Positions 28,826 through 44,689 of a DNA stretch of 64,000 bases are shown here, piece after piece. Location: assembly GCA_964016885.1 (NCBI GenBank), contig OZ024742.1, positions 57,412,001 through 57,476,000 of the forward strand, read 5' to 3'. This stretch comes from Eledone cirrhosa. Lineage: Eukaryota. The notes under the pieces are model-generated. The model had not been told where the DNA came from. It saw only the letters and a list, made by a program, of their open reading frames with translations, and made no database searches. The first letter of the stretch is position 1. Each line of letters starts with the position of its first letter. A program made the position numbers and the translations under genes.

Positions 28826-29062
28826 TATATCTTTCTGCCAGATGGTTGAACGTTCGAAAGTATATACTTTCCTTATGAAAATTAACAGCTGAGCAGCTTA
28901 ATTTGCATTTCGAGTGAGTTCAGTCGGCCAGGCGCCCCGAAAACGATAAATGGAATAGAATGAAACGAAATTTCATTTCTCACTCTTAGTACGGCACTTA
29001 CTTAAATGTAAGTATGTATGTATACGTACATACATATATGTATACAGACGTACAGTAGCATG

Positions 29063-29105
<43 letters not shown>

Positions 29106-29257
29106 CAGGCACACATATATATATATACACGTATCAGTTTACCGAACATTTATTATAATGTTCGCTTTGTTCGTTTGTAAACAAACGGACAGCCTGATTT
29201 ACGCCGTACAGTGTTCAGACAACCACGTCACCTTTTTGTTCAACACTGACACTGGAA

Positions 29258-29298
29258 CAATGTACTAGTTTCAAGCTTGTTAGCTATCGTCAGCACCG
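29258..29298 (-). ncRNA. Minimal type I hammerhead (family E, copy 2)
   Basis: As copy 1, but the stem I 3' arm is cattg (a G-C pair becomes G-U). Confidence 0.83.
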
Positions 29299-29530
29299 TA
29301 TATCTTTCTGCCAGATGGTTGAACGTTCGAAAGTATATACTTTCCTTATGAAAATTAACGGCTGAGCAGCTTAATTTGCATATCGAGTGAGTTCAGTCGG
29401 CCAGGCGCACCGAAAACGATAAATGGAATGGAATGAAACGAAATTTCATTTCTCACTCTTAGTACGGCACTTACTTAAATGTAAGTATGTATGTATACGT
29501 ACATACATATATGTATACAGACGTACAGTA

Positions 29531-29635
<105 letters not shown>

Positions 29636-29785
29636 CAGGCACACATATATATATGCACGTATCAGTTTACCGAACATTTATTATAATGTTCGCTTTGTTC
29701 GTTTGTAAACAAACGGACAGCCTGATTTACGCCGTACAGTGTTCAGGCAACCACGTAACCTTTTTGTTCAACACTGACACTGGAA

Positions 29786-29826
29786 CGATGTACTAGTTTC
29801 AAGCTTGTTAGCTATCGTCAGCACCG
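29786..29826 (-). ncRNA. Minimal type I hammerhead (family E, copy 3)
   Basis: Same sequence as copy 1. Confidence 0.85.
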
Positions 29827-30059
29827 TATACCTTTCTGCCAGATGGTTGAACGTTCGAAAGTATATACTTTCCTTATGAAAATTAACGGCTGAGCAGCTT
29901 AATTTGCATATCGAGTGAGTTCAGTCGGCCAGGCGAACCGAAAACGATAAATGGAATAGAATGAAACGAAATTTCATTTCTCACTCTAACAAACGAACAA
30001 AGCGAACATTATAATAAATGCTCGGTAAACTGATACGTGCATATATATATGTGTGCCTG

Positions 30060-30146
<87 letters not shown>

Positions 30147-30360
30147 GCTACTGTACGTCTGTATACATATATATGTATGTACGTATACATACATACTTAT
30201 ATATATATATATATATATATTAAATGTAAGTATGTATGTATGTATACGTACATACATATATGTATACAGACGTACAGTAGTATGTATATATATACATGTA
30301 CGTCTGTATATATACATGTACGTCTGTATACATATATGTATGTACGTATACATACATACG

Positions 30361-30391
<31 letters not shown>

Positions 30392-30539
30392 TTATACTTG
30401 TGGAGGATCAAATTGTTGTAATAATATTGTCAGAATATATATGAATATATATATATATATATATATGTATACATATATATATATATATATTCATGGGCGT
30501 GTGCTTGCGTTTGTATTTGTGCGTATGTATGTATGACTG

Positions 30540-30571
<32 letters not shown>

Positions 30572-30637
30572 TGTATGTATGTATGTATGTATGTATGTAT
30601 GTATGTATGTATGTATGTATGTATGTATGTATGTTAT

Positions 30638-31192
30638 GTCAGGTCGGGTCGTTGGCGACTAAACTGGCAACCCTACCAAGGTTTCTTGGTGAGTAGGGTG
30701 ACTTTGGACATCCTGCAGGACTAAAAACAAAACCTGTCAAAGGGCAAAGGAGCTCTTAAGAGTCAATGGCCATACAAAATCACCGGGAGAGATGACCCCT
30801 TTGCCTTTGTCAAGGCAGAATTCTAGGAGAAGGAAAACTCTGATATAACACCTGCAACCCTGATGGTATCCAATGATGTTGACTTGTTCTTCTTTTTGGT
30901 AAATATCATCTTGGTTAAGAGAGTGGGACTGGCTTTGTGCAGTGCCTTTGCTCACTATAAAAGCTTCACGGCACAGGCATTGCTTTATATCTGGAGATCT
31001 CTGCACTTGTCGTCACATGGTACCATGGGCCCAGCACTATGTTTCAGTAATTGTCACAAGTGTAGTGTTTGTACCAGAGTTTTCAAGTCGCTGGCTGGAC
31101 TAAAAAGTCACACTCGTTCAGCGCATCGGTAGGGGTTCTCCTACATGGATATAATGTAGTGGCCGTACTCGAAAACGAGTTGGCTGCCACCA
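30638..31192 (+). mobile_element. Second, slightly 5'-truncated copy of the ~600-bp RTE-derived non-autonomous element, inserted in (TATG)n
   Basis: Homologous to 14745-15293; (TATG)n on both sides. Confidence 0.7.
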
Positions 31193-33154
31193 TGTATGTA
31201 TGTATGGGTATTCTCCAATTTCCCCCATGTGCCAACCTGTTATTGTTAACTTCTTTATTATATTTATGTAAGTCATTGTCGTCATATTCTAGTAGTTCTT
31301 TTGTTGGAACGGAGATCTTGTTTTTTTTTCTTTTAGTTTGGTTTTGTTCGTTTGTTCTTTCCTTCTTTGTTTTTTATTAGCAACAAACCTGTCTTTTGTC
31401 GGTGAAGAATATAGCCTACCAATTTCAAATTTTCAATAGCACACTGAGTAATTTTATTAATTTTATTATTTTTTCTGCCTGATATTATTAATGTTTACTC
31501 TTTTCGACTGATTACAATATAATTATGGTTTTACTACTGTTACTGATGTATTGATGGCTGATAGTTTTATTACACACCTAACTTCTTATACATTCTTATA
31601 TTATTGTTCTTGTGACTTTTTGTTTAATAATGTGTCTTGTGCAGTTCATTTATTCTCGTATATGTTACATATACTTCAATTTAATCTAATTCCTAACTTT
31701 TCGCTTTCTTCATTCATCTGTATATTATGAGTCGTTGAAAGAAGTTTTCTCATTTCAATATGACTTTCACACGTTTATCTATTCCATCATTTTTCATCAC
31801 TGCTATGACCTTTTAGCATTTTTTTTTTTACAAACATCTCCAATTTGGGTTCTAAGGCGGCAAAATGGCAGAGCCGTTGGTGCGCTAGGTAGAATATCTT
31901 GAAGTATTCGTTCTGGCTCTTTACTATGTTCATCTGCTATCTTGTCTTTCAAACGGTTCCAAGTTTTCAAAATGGCAGAGTCGTTAGAGCCTTGTTGAGT
32001 TTAAATCCTGCCACATCTCATTCAAATCTCACCTTTATATTAGAGGGTTTCATTATGGAAGCATTATACCTGGAAATAGTCAGGGTGTATGGATGAAATA
32101 CTTTTCTTCATATCTAATAACAAAAATATAATCTACTGCAATATAATATGGTTATGGTAATTGTTCTTCGTCCGACCGATAAATACTGAACAGTATAACT
32201 ATCCAGTTTACAAATATTGTTACAGACTTTTTTCTGAAGAGAAGATCCACTTGTAACGTTGTCTAAAGAGAGCAGGTGTAATATCATTTATTAATATTTG
32301 TCATTCCTAACATATCCAATGAAATATTTTTCTACTTGGCATGTTTACTCTCTTTGGTATTAAGAAAGGTTTATCTGTTTTCTCATTCTTCTTTCTTTCT
32401 TTTCAACCCCTTTCTCCTCCATCACGTAAAAAGATGCTAACGCACCCATATTACTCGAACTGTCTTCTCATACGCCCACATATAAATGTTATTGTACCCA
32501 TACATATATACACTGTTGTTTAATAACACACACACACACACACTATATCTGCTTATTTTGTCCATAAATATAGAAAAACTAGACGATTTAAATAATTTCA
32601 ATCAATGTATTTTAAAGTATATTTATATCTATATATTCCCCCAAGGTATAACTAATTAATTGAGAAGTAAAAATTTCTTTGTGAATTTTTCAAAATGGAG
32701 ATGTTTGGAAGAGAGGATTCCAGAAGATCTTTATTCCTTTTGCACATGTCAGAAATTTCTTCCTGCTCCCATCATCACCACCCAATTCTAGTTATACCCC
32801 TCTCCCCAAACCACAACTACCACTAACCTACCTACTTCTAAAAGTCTAAAGTCTGTATTTAGCCTCGAGGTTCATCAGCCCGATGCTTATCCCATTTTCT
32901 TTAGTGTTTAGCGACTGACAGTAAAATACTACCTTCTGGACAGGACGCTAGTGCATCACAGAGTTATATCCCCGACTGGTTCTCATTTTCAGTTGCATGT
33001 ATAGGTTCTTGTCACCAATAAAGAAAAGATCACATCATTATCATCAAAAAGAACATCAGCAGGGGTCGATAAAATAAAGCACCAGTAAAATACTGGGGTT
33101 GATATCTATTTTCCCTTCCGCACAAAATTCTGTTTCTGTATCTATGTTAAAATA

Positions 33155-33168
33155 AGTAGTAGTAGTAC

Positions 33169-33243
<75 letters not shown>

Positions 33244-34226
33244 CAGCAATAGTAGTAGCAGTAGTAGTAGTTCGAAATATATTTACTGCAATTTGGACTG
33301 CATTGTTTTTTAAATCTTTTGTAAAACTACAATGAGAAGAAATTAAAGTGAAAATAGAAATTGAATAGAATGTTGGGGTTTTCGTTGTGACAACTTGGGA
33401 AACAGAGAGCGAGCAGTGGTTCTGAGACGAAAACAAACAATTCGAATAATTTTGTATTAAAAAAATATATTATAAAGAAGAAGAAGAAGAAGAAGAAGAA
33501 GAAGAAGAAGAAGAAGAAGAAGAAGAAGAAGAAGAAGAAGAAGAAGAAGAAGAAGAAGAAGAAGAAGAAGAAGAAGAAGAAGAAGAAGAAGAAGAAGAAG
33601 AAGAAGAAGAAGAAGAAGAAGAAGAAGAAGAAGAAGAAGAAGAAGAAGAAGAAGAAGAAGAAGAAGAAGGATGCTTTTGATGTATTTTAACTAAATGTGC
33701 GGCATACAAGTGACAACTAGATTAGTTGTTTGGTGGTTAGCATTATTGTTGAAGCGAATTCAACTACTCTCCTGCGGTCTCTTCTAAACAATAATGGTGG
33801 TAAACGAGAACAAACGTATTATGTATGGCGTAACTCGAGATGAAAAAAATGGAAGAAAATTTATTAATATCGTTTACATTCATGACAACGTTTCGATAGT
33901 GGTTGGGGGTAGTACACAAAGAAGAAGAAGAAGAAGAAGAAGAAGAAGAAGAAGAAGAAGAAGAAGAAGAAGAAGAAGAAGAAGAAGAAGAAGAAGAAGA
34001 AGAAGAAGAAGAAGAAGAAGAAGAAGAAGAAGAAGAAGAAGAAGAAGAAGAAGAAGAAGGAAAGAAAAAGAAGAAGAAGAAGAAAAGAAAAAAAGAAGAA
34101 GAAGAAGAAGAAGAAGAAAAAGAAAAAGAAAAAGAAGAAAAAGAAAAGAAAAAGAAAAAGAAAAAGAAGAAGAAGAAGAAGAAGAAGAAGAAGAAGAAGA
34201 AGAAGAAGAAGAAGAAGAAGAAGAAG
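33155..34226. repeat. Cluster of (GTA)n and long (GAA)n microsatellites
   Basis: (GTA)n at 33155-33270; (GAA)n at 33476-33669 and 33921-34226. Confidence 0.95.
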
Positions 34227-34519
34227 ACGACAACGACTACAATAATAACAGCAGCAGCAAGAACAACAAACATTTGCGGAATATAAACAACAGCAATAAA
34301 AAAAATTTAAAGATTCAAAATCAACTACAGCAATAACAATAAGAATATTTATATAAAATGTTGGATGTGAGTAAAAGAGTGTGAAAGAAGACCGATTTGT
34401 CATCCATGGTTTGTTTTGTTTTGCTTTTTTTTGTTTTTTTACTATTTATCTAAGATACGTGCGTCTGAATGAAGATCTATTTCACAAATTCCATTATAAC
34501 TCTACACGCGCGCGTCTAC

Positions 34520-35040
34520 GGATTTATGCTCACGTATATATCCATAATATACATACATATATAAATATATTCACAGATTTATGCTCACGGATATATACAT
34601 ACATATATAAATATATTCACAGTTTATGCCCACATATATATACATACATTTATAAATATATTCAGATTCATCCTCACGTATATATACATACATATATAAA
34701 TATATTCACAGATTTATGCTCACGTATATATACATACATATATAAATATATTCAGTTTTAAATATATTAACAGATTTATGCTCACGTATATATACATACA
34801 TATATAAATATATTCAGTTTTAAATATATTAACAGATTTATGCTCACGTATATATACATACATATATAAATATATTCACAGATTTATGCTCTCGTATTTA
34901 TACATATATTTATAAATATATTCACAGATTTATGCTCACGTATATATATATACATATATAAATATATTCGCAGATTTATGCTCACGTATGTATACATACA
35001 TATATAAATATATTCACAGAATTATGCTTACGTATGTATA
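34520..35040. repeat. ~45-60 bp minisatellite
   Basis: About 11 copies of cagatttatgctcacgtatatatacatacatatataaatatattca. Confidence 0.9.
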
Positions 35041-35041
35041 T

Positions 35042-35925
<884 letters not shown>

Positions 35926-36408
35926 CGACAAATAGAGGTACAAAAAGTCTTATTAGTTTCACGCTTTATATGGAAAAGGGGAAAGAAAGTTCCATGTGTT
36001 GTGCTTTAACCCTTCTTCAGGAGTATAAAAACAGAGACAGGATCAAAAAGGATAGCTACTTAAAATAAAAGGTAGTCTAAGTAAAAAAAAAAAGCGAAAA
36101 TATAGTGGCTAGGTATGGTGGGATATGAGGAACGAGTGGGAAAAACAAGAAAGGTGACACAGAGAAATTAGAGGTAAAAACAAGAAGAGGAGAGATATAG
36201 ACATATATAAATATATAGAGAGAGAAGAGAGAAAAGAGAGAAAACAAGGTCATGGGTGATTAGTACAGAGAAGAGCAGTTCCATAAAAATCCAAATATTC
36301 GCGGTCCGAGGGTAATCAGCTGGCTGGGGGGGGGGGGTAAAATAGAGCAGTCACAAGGCGTGGGTAAATATCCAGTTTCGTGGGTAAATATCCATTGCCG
36401 CGTGTGTG

Positions 36409-36474
<66 letters not shown>

Positions 36475-37250
36475 GAGAGAGCGACCTGATTGGTGTGTGT
36501 GTGTGTGTAGATAGAGAGAGCGACCTGATTGGTTTTTTCGTTGCTTTGGTATCATGTGGCTGGGCTTGCCTGTCGCAGTTTTCAATTTGTCAAGCTATCT
36601 AACGTATGTTATTACTCTAACCTTATCGAGTGCTCTGCTGTACATTCCTAATTGTATATCGTTAGCTTGGCCACAGCCAAAACTTCGATTTTACTAAACT
36701 TCCATTTGTATATATATATATATATACATGTGTATATAGGGTAAAGACCCCTTCGGTCACGAATGACCATAGGATTTGCACCTGGAAAGTTTCCGTGAAA
36801 TAAAGTAATACGAAGAGACGGTTCTACATTAGACTTCCATATTAATTATTTAATAAACTGAAGTATGAAAATGTAGAACCGTCTTTTCGTATTCACTTAA
36901 ATACCAATACATTGCCGAATACCGGCTTATGTGATACCAGTTCTTATGTTTACATAATTGTAATTATTGCAGTATACGTATTTCAATGACATGCCGGTTC
37001 ACTGAAATACGTATAGTGCAATATATACAATTGTGTAAATATAAGCTCAGTCTTAACATATTTTGTAAATGGAAACTCCGTTGCGCTTAATCAACACCAT
37101 AATGCTGGATATATATACGACTGACCTGGAGTGCTTTTTAACTGCTTAAACAGGATTATCTTCGTGATGTTACTACTTTACTTTCACAGATAAACACCCA
37201 AATTATCAGTAATATATATATATGTGTGTGTGAAAGAGAGATGGGGGAGA

Positions 37251-37393
<143 letters not shown>

Positions 37394-37576
37394 ACAGAGG
37401 GATGCACACTTTCTTATACACAATGTTATTTTCATTTCAATATTATTTAAGACAATTTCATAGCTTCTCAGTTCGCTATTGTCATATTGTTGTTGACAAT
37501 TATGTCAATCTTCCTGTTTGTGAGGTAGTAATTATTATTAATATTATTATTATTATTATTATTAGATACATATATA

Positions 37577-37765
37577 AGGGTGGTGAATTGGCAGTATCGG
37601 TAGAGGGTCAGACGCCATGCTTTCTAACATAGTTATGTCCCTTTATAATCTGAGTTCAAATCCCGCCGAGGTTAACTTTGCTTTTCATCCTTACCGGGTC
37701 GATAAAATAAAGTACCAGTAATGTACTGGGTAATTGCTGGCCTTGTGCAAAAAAGTAGAAACAAT
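37577..37765 (+). mobile_element. tRNA-derived SINE with a Nin/Deu-like central domain
   Basis: B box GAGTTCAAATCC, then gccgaggttaactttgcttttcatcct..gggtcgataaaataaagtaccag; homologues at 42643-42780 (-), 47296-47500, 33058-33110 and degenerate 31854-32090. Confidence 0.8.
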
Positions 37766-39049
37766 TATATACATATATATATAGAGAGAGAAGGGGAGAT
37801 AATGTTTTATATATATTTACATATATATTACATATATCGGTATATACATATATATATGCGTGTGTATGCATATGTATGTATATATATGATGTATATATAT
37901 ATATATATATGCGCGCATGTGTGTGTGAATGTATACATATATATATGTATGTGTGTGGGTGTCTGTGCGTGAGGGTGGGTGTGTAGGCGTAGGTGTGAGT
38001 GTATATACAGATAGATATTGCTTGCTTAGCGGTTTCTGAAACTGCTCCTGATGAGTCTCATTATAATATTGGTTTTCTCAAACATAAGTTGCATTTTGTT
38101 AGGTTTATTTATTAGTTATTGTTCAGATATCGAGGGGAAGAAAGAGAGCTGGATTGTTAAATAGCTTCGATGATTTAGAGGAATACTTTTGTTTATTTAT
38201 CTGTATCTGTCGTCATGAAAGCAGGAATATATTATCATCAGGGCCGTTGTTGTATTGGTGGGAGATGGTTTCCATAACGGAGGTAGGCCCCTGTCATTTT
38301 GCAGAACATTGAAAATAATTATCCAAACAACAGTAATAATACCATCATTAACGGCAACAATAGCAGCAACAACAACAAACGACACCTGCCAGAGGAATAA
38401 TGACAATAGGAAAAATAATGGCAGCAGCAAAATACATAGAGCCTGATGTGACGATAATAACTACAATAGCAGTAGTGACAATATACACAATAATAATACT
38501 AGTTAACAACAACGGCAGCGATGGTGAGATAATGGATTACATCTTCATATGCTGTTGTGACAAGATATATCTCCACCTCATTTTAACAGAATAATTATCC
38601 CTAAAGCAATGATTGTCATCCTCTTACCATCTCAACTCATTTGTTAAATTATACTTCCATAAACCTTTTTTTTTTTATGTTTGAATAAATATAGTTTTCG
38701 AAAAATGTTATAATTTATAATTTTCTCAGAGAAATATTCTTCGTTTTTTTTTTATTTTCCTTAAAACATGTGTAGCCCATATTACTATGGCTTGTTCGAT
38801 GATAAATTTGTAAACATCTTAAGATTTATGAAGTGTTTTCTTGGCTACTCTTTCAGAACAATACTGCTGTCCATAATCTGGAAAACAGTTTCAACGATAA
38901 GTGTTCCAGTTCTTTCTATCATTTTAGCTTCTCTATATCTATTATATCTTCTGTTCTCTCAACATATATCTAGCAATCGACCTCCGTCGGTTTCGACGAT
39001 GAGTATTCCAGTTATTCAATCATCTCTGGGAATTAATGTGTAAGTGGCT

Positions 39050-40330
39050 GTGCATTTCACAGACACATATACTCTTAATTGTACTTTGTCCAATCAATAA
39101 TTCGATTAGTACATTTGTGACTGATAGAATTCACTGAAAGTTTTTTTCGATTTAGGCGAATAAGAGGAGGAAAATATGTGGGTAAAATATACAGTTACGG
39201 AGTCTGAAAGTTTAACGGTGTCCTTTATGATTTATTGTCAGTGAACTTGCTGGGAGTTGTTTTTTCTATTTATGAGTTTCACGTACGTAAATAAAGTCAT
39301 TGTATAGATTCTTGAGTAAAAGTTGTAGTATGATGCAGAGTTAGCAAATATTTGCTAGTTAGCAGTAGTATGGTAGAGATTTAATAAATATTTGCTAGTT
39401 AACAGTAGTATGGTAGAGATTTAATAAATATTTGCTAGTTAACAGTTAAGTTTCATAGCAGATACCGAAACGTGTTTCATGAAGATAAGCTTTCTTTAAT
39501 CCAAAGTTATAATAGAACAAAGTCATTTTTTTATGGCGAGCATTAGAATTTTACCTCCTTTATTAACAAGTCCTGCGAAATTCAAGGTCTCTATGCATAA
39601 CTTTTGAGTTATAGAGGGATATAGTATTCTTGGCTATCAAGTAAATATTTGTGGAATTGATTCCAGCTATCCTCTAACATTATGTGTGTGGTTCCACAGA
39701 GGTAGTAATGATATTAGTTTGACTATAAAAACTAGTCTCGTTAATATATCATTGCTAATTTTGCCAATGTCATGTTTAATGCGATCAATGTTGCGGATGG
39801 ATGATTCTGTAGGAAATTAGCTTTATGATCTTTCAAGGTAAGCTACGACGTTTGTGGATGAAAGGATTGCAGTTATTTGGCAATAATTTTCTTTCTTTTT
39901 TTCTTAAATTCCTTTATGATGTTTCTGTCTATTTCCATATAATCACGAGTGATAGAGTTTAAAATAAGACATTGATACGTTCAAATTTTTTTATAAAAAT
40001 TTCATTATATTTTTTTTCACACATATTGTTATTCAACTTCATCTGAAAGTTATTGCTAATTTTCTGGAATTTTATATTTGTAATTAGTATAGTTAGTTTT
40101 TCTCCGAACACTTGTAGTGTAATCTACTGATGGGGACATTTGTACGATACGCTTCTGAAGTCTTCTAATAACATTATCGGTTTTCTGCAATAGTAATTTT
40201 ATATAATTTCTTTTAGATGGTATAGGAATATTTTTAACATGTCAGTTGGTTGCTTCAATATCTATAGTAACAGTCGCTTAAAGTGTTCATCAGTGACATT
40301 GCCAAAACATTAAAGCTTGCATCCTCTACT
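39050..40330 (-). pseudogene. Decayed Penelope-like element related to the 10882-13333 ORF
   Basis: Minus-strand peptides LKDHKANF (39813-39836), HDIGKISNDILTR and PLWNHT match LKDHKSNF, SDIGIISK.ILDR and PLWENT; many stops and frameshifts. Confidence 0.6.
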
Positions 40331-40439
40331 GTGAGAACAATGCGTGACAATAACAAAACTTAATTGAAGTCCTCAGGCAGCTATACCGTTACCTGACTGA
40401 ATATTATTTTTTTTATAGATCTAATGTGGATCGACAATC

Positions 40440-41270
40440 ATATTGGGCGTAATGTACTAATAAACACGATGGGCATTCAAGCAAAAGTTAAGCGTGTATA
40501 TGATGGTTGGCAGAAAAATGAGGTTTGAAAGGTTTAAGATGAGCTTGAGTTTGTGCAAGATTAATATAACTGATGAAGTTGTCAATGCCGATAGAAAAGC
40601 AGCTACTGGTTACCGATTTTGCTCGGGAACTAAATAAAGTGATTGTTGGAAGAGGCTACATACCAGAACAATTATGCAATGTCGAGGAAACTGTACTTTA
40701 CTGAGACACATGCTTGCTAAGACTTTTATTCCTCGAAAAGAAAATTTAACACAAGAGCTTCTAAAAATTGTCATACGATTCGTCGGAGAGGAAACGCTTC
40801 TGGTGATATAAAATTAAAACCTTCTACTTGTATCATCCCGAAAAATCAAAGGGCTATCAAGGTTTATGTAAAGTTCAATCTACCTCTAATTTGTCTCTTA
40901 AATAAGAAGGTAAGGATGACTAAGAGCCTCTTCAAGGACTTGTTTACAAATATTTTTGCCCTTCTGTAGAAAGGAAGTGCTAGGCGCAACATTTGCAACA
41001 AAGCATTGCTCCCTTAAGATAATGCAGTAAACCCCCACTCCTGGGAACTTAAATAGTTTTTCACATGATGTAAGAGTAGAATATATCCCCGGAAAACAAC
41101 TTAAGTATTAAATAGTGGTAGCTTACTTAAATAGTGATAGCTTACTTCAAGACATATTATTTTAGAAGAACTGCATGTATTAAAGCAATTGACTAAGTGG
41201 ATAAACCTATATTTAGAGACTTCTGGGAAAAGGTTCAACATTATAGGCGTGGAGGATAAGATAGCTAAAT
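40440..41270 (+). pseudogene. Decayed pogo/Tigger-type DDE transposase
   Basis: GYIPEQLCNVEETVLY* (40654-40704) and GNASGDIKLKP (40790-40823) match Tigger-family motifs; multiple stops. Confidence 0.75.
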
Positions 41271-42460
41271 TGCATAGGGCTCAGTTCTTCGCCTATCTCA
41301 AAATCAACAGCCTTTTAAATAACTTTCTCCGTTTGCCTTCTCATGAAATTGCTCCCGAAAATCGGGCGTATGCCGTCGTCGTTCTTCTCAAGAGCAATCA
41401 GGTTGGCTGAAAATAGGATGTCGTGAGCGTAAATGTTTAGATTGCCGTGGAAAAGATTGTTGGTGAGCCAAACAATCCTTTCAGTTGACTACGACTAGAT
41501 GGATGCACCTCTATTATTGCCTCTGGTCAAAAACCTTAATACAGGTAGAATATTTTACTTAGAGGTCCCATTCGTGGATTAGAAATTTGGCGATCGGATA
41601 GGTCTTAGGTCAAGAGGTAGTTCGGGCGTGCTTGAGCCGGTGAACGGTCAATACTAACTCTAACCTTATTCATGACAATGTATGTGTGCGTGTATGTGTG
41701 TGAGTATGTGTGTATATATGTGTGTATGTGTGTCTGTATGCGTGTGTGTGTATGTATATATCTGTGTGTAAGCGTGTGTATGTATATGTATATGTGTGGT
41801 GTAAGTGTGTGTGTATGTGTGTGCATATGTATGTGTGTGCATGTGTGAGCATGTGTATGTGTATATGCATGTGTATATGAATGTGTGTGTATGTGTATGT
41901 GGATATATATGTGTAAGTGTGTGTGTGTTTGTGTGTGGAATTGTTTGAACGTGCGATTGCGTGAGCGTGTATTTTGTTTGAGTTCTTACCTAAGCATTTA
42001 ATATAATTCTGAAGAGAAAGAAAATGAGGAGTTACGCTGTTTAAAGATATTTAAATCGTTTATGGCTTTCTTTCCAGATATTGTTGATGGAGATTAGATA
42101 TATAAAGTAAATTTCTTTCACCGAGGAATATCTATTCCTTTATTGAATTAATGTAGTAAGATAAAGATTTTTACATTTACGACTAACTCCAGCAAGATTA
42201 TCTGTCCGCCATAACAGTCGAATAACATAGCAGCGTGCTTAATATACTGACAACTAGTTAAGGAGGATGCCTACAGAAGCGATTGGGAACAACCAGAATC
42301 CAGTGATTAATTCACTCATGTAGAAGCAATTACGATCTGGCTGTTCATCAATAAATACATCATCTTAATCTGTCATAAATATCAACTTCCCGCATGATAT
42401 ATCTTCACCATGGTTATTACAAGCAGCTCATTTAATTAACTACCAAACTATGTATATGTG

Positions 42461-42514
<54 letters not shown>

Positions 42515-42642
42515 TGTGTGTGGATGCGTGTGGTGTGTGTATGTGTATGAGAGAGATGTATGCGCATCAACACGTGTGTGTGTGTCTGTCGCGCGCGCGA
42601 ACCTGAGCATATATGAAAATAGGTAAATTTATGTATATAGAA

Positions 42643-42780
42643 TAATTGTTTCTACTTTTGGCACAAGGCCATCAATTACCCAGTGTATTACTGGTACTTT
42701 ATTTTATCGACCATGTAAGGATGAAAGGCAAAGTTAACCTCGGCGGAATTTGAACTCAGACCATAAAGGGCCGTAACTCT
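42643..42780 (-). mobile_element. SINE copy (Nin/Deu-like family)
   Basis: Reverse complement of ~37635-37765. Confidence 0.8.
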
Positions 42781-42862
42781 TTGCTGCAAAGTATATGTAT
42801 ACAGAATAATATCGGCGCTTACCTATATATGTGCTTGGGAATTATATTTGTATATGTATTTG

Positions 42863-42893
<31 letters not shown>

Positions 42894-43031
42894 GTTTGTA
42901 TGTATGTATGTGTGTATGTGTGTGTGCGTGTGGGGGGGTATGTGGGGGTGTATACATTCATTTATATATATATCTATGTGTGGCTGTATATATATATGAT
43001 AATATATATAGATATATTCAAATATATATTT

Positions 43032-43112
<81 letters not shown>

Positions 43113-43433
43113 CAGATAGACAGAGGCAGACACAGAGGAAGGCAGGCAAGCAGATCTGGTGTATAGTCGGTCTCCTAATTACACTCACTGTTGATCGACA
43201 TGAAATATTCTGCACTACATTACACAAATGAATCACATTCTTGATTTAGTTGTTAGCAGATAAAGCTGCCGTTTTAATTCTACCTAATTGTTACATTAGT
43301 CCAGTAGAAGTGACAGCAGCGCCTTAATACTTGGCTCCTTAACGAAGTTGAGCTTTACATCTGACGGCTTCAAATACATTACACTTAGCTTGGCTAAATT
43401 GTTGATGCAAAGCGACAAATTACCTGCACGGTG

Positions 43434-43540
<107 letters not shown>

Positions 43541-43821
43541 TGGCGATTTTGACTAGTGATAGTGTGTGTGGTGTGTATGATAAGAATGGTGATTGTAATG
43601 ACAATAACGATGCTAGTGCCGCGTGGTGGTGGTATTGGTGTTCACTGTAGTGTTGGTTGTGGTGGTGGTCGTCGTCTCCGTCGTTATTATCTCGAGAGGA
43701 GGAAGAGTGGCAGTGTCCATTGTATGTGCTGACACTGCCACACACATGAAATTGATGTTCAGTTTGGGATTTATTCGAAGCAGGTTGGCCATTACTTATA
43801 TAGTCGATGATATGAAATTGT

Positions 43822-44125
43822 GTACAGCTTGGCTCGGTGGTTAGAATGTTCGGCTCGCGATTGTAAGGTGGTAAGCTCGATTATTTGAGCAAGACACTTT
43901 ATTTCACGTTGCTTCGGTCCACCTAACTGGCAAAAATAAGTTAATCCTGTAATTCAAAGGGGCCAGCTTTGTCCCACTCTCTATCACATTGAATCTGCCT
44001 GAGTATTATGTTAAGGATACACGAATCTTCTGGAATGCTCAGCTATTTGCATGTTATTTTCATGAACAGGCTCTTCCATTGATAGAATTAGCTAGAATAC
44101 TCACCGTTGGAACCGACGGAAGTCA
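43822..44125 (+). mobile_element. Diverged near full-length tRNA-derived SINE with (CA)n tail
   Basis: tggctcggtggttag head and ttgagcaagacactttatttcacgttgct core; its 3' part also occurs inverted at ~38970-39080. Confidence 0.75.
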
Positions 44126-44689
44126 AACACACACACACAGTGTACACTATATCTCCTCACCATAAATACAATCGAAATAAGATACACTCAATCTGTTTCG
44201 ATTCAACCACATCCAGTGATTCATATGACAGAACCACACGGTACCTGTCAGACTTTTCCAGTTGTCTGACTATACTAATGAAGCTTCTAGATGAGTCCAT
44301 ATAACTAACCCCATACTGTTCCACAATTGATGGCAGGTCAGCCGTAATTTAGCAGACCTGCCATCGAAAGCCTTTCAGTAATAGCCATCCCTTTTTATTT
44401 CATAAATCATGTATCTAATATTACATTATCCAAAGTACTCTTATATAATTTTTAGAGCAGTATAATATAATTTAAGGTCAATGTGGCTGCTATTTCTAGT
44501 ATGTCAAACAACCAGGTAGGAGCTTCCTTCTTAGCTCGTAGTTGATTTAATCACCTTTGGCCTTCTCCTAAACTTGCTGGTCAGAAATAAATATATTGTG
44601 TACTTCATCGATATATTAGGTCACGGCTGTAGTGCGTTGTATGTTTTATAATATAGCTCTTCGGCAGTTTTTGATTCAATTGTGGGCGA

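Noticed and set aside
33056-34403. Poly-S/E/K/R/F/L ORFs
   Set aside because: They come from (GAA)n and (GTA)n repeats read in different frames.
38045-38150. gctc-CTGATGA-gtctc ... GAAA-gagagc hammerhead-like remnant
   Set aside because: No stem III or cleavage triplet; at best a decayed HHR.
43296-43430. Possible host exon (minus-strand GNLSLCINNLAKLSVMYLKPSD...)
   Set aside because: Short, no recognisable domain, weak acceptor context and no partner exons identified.
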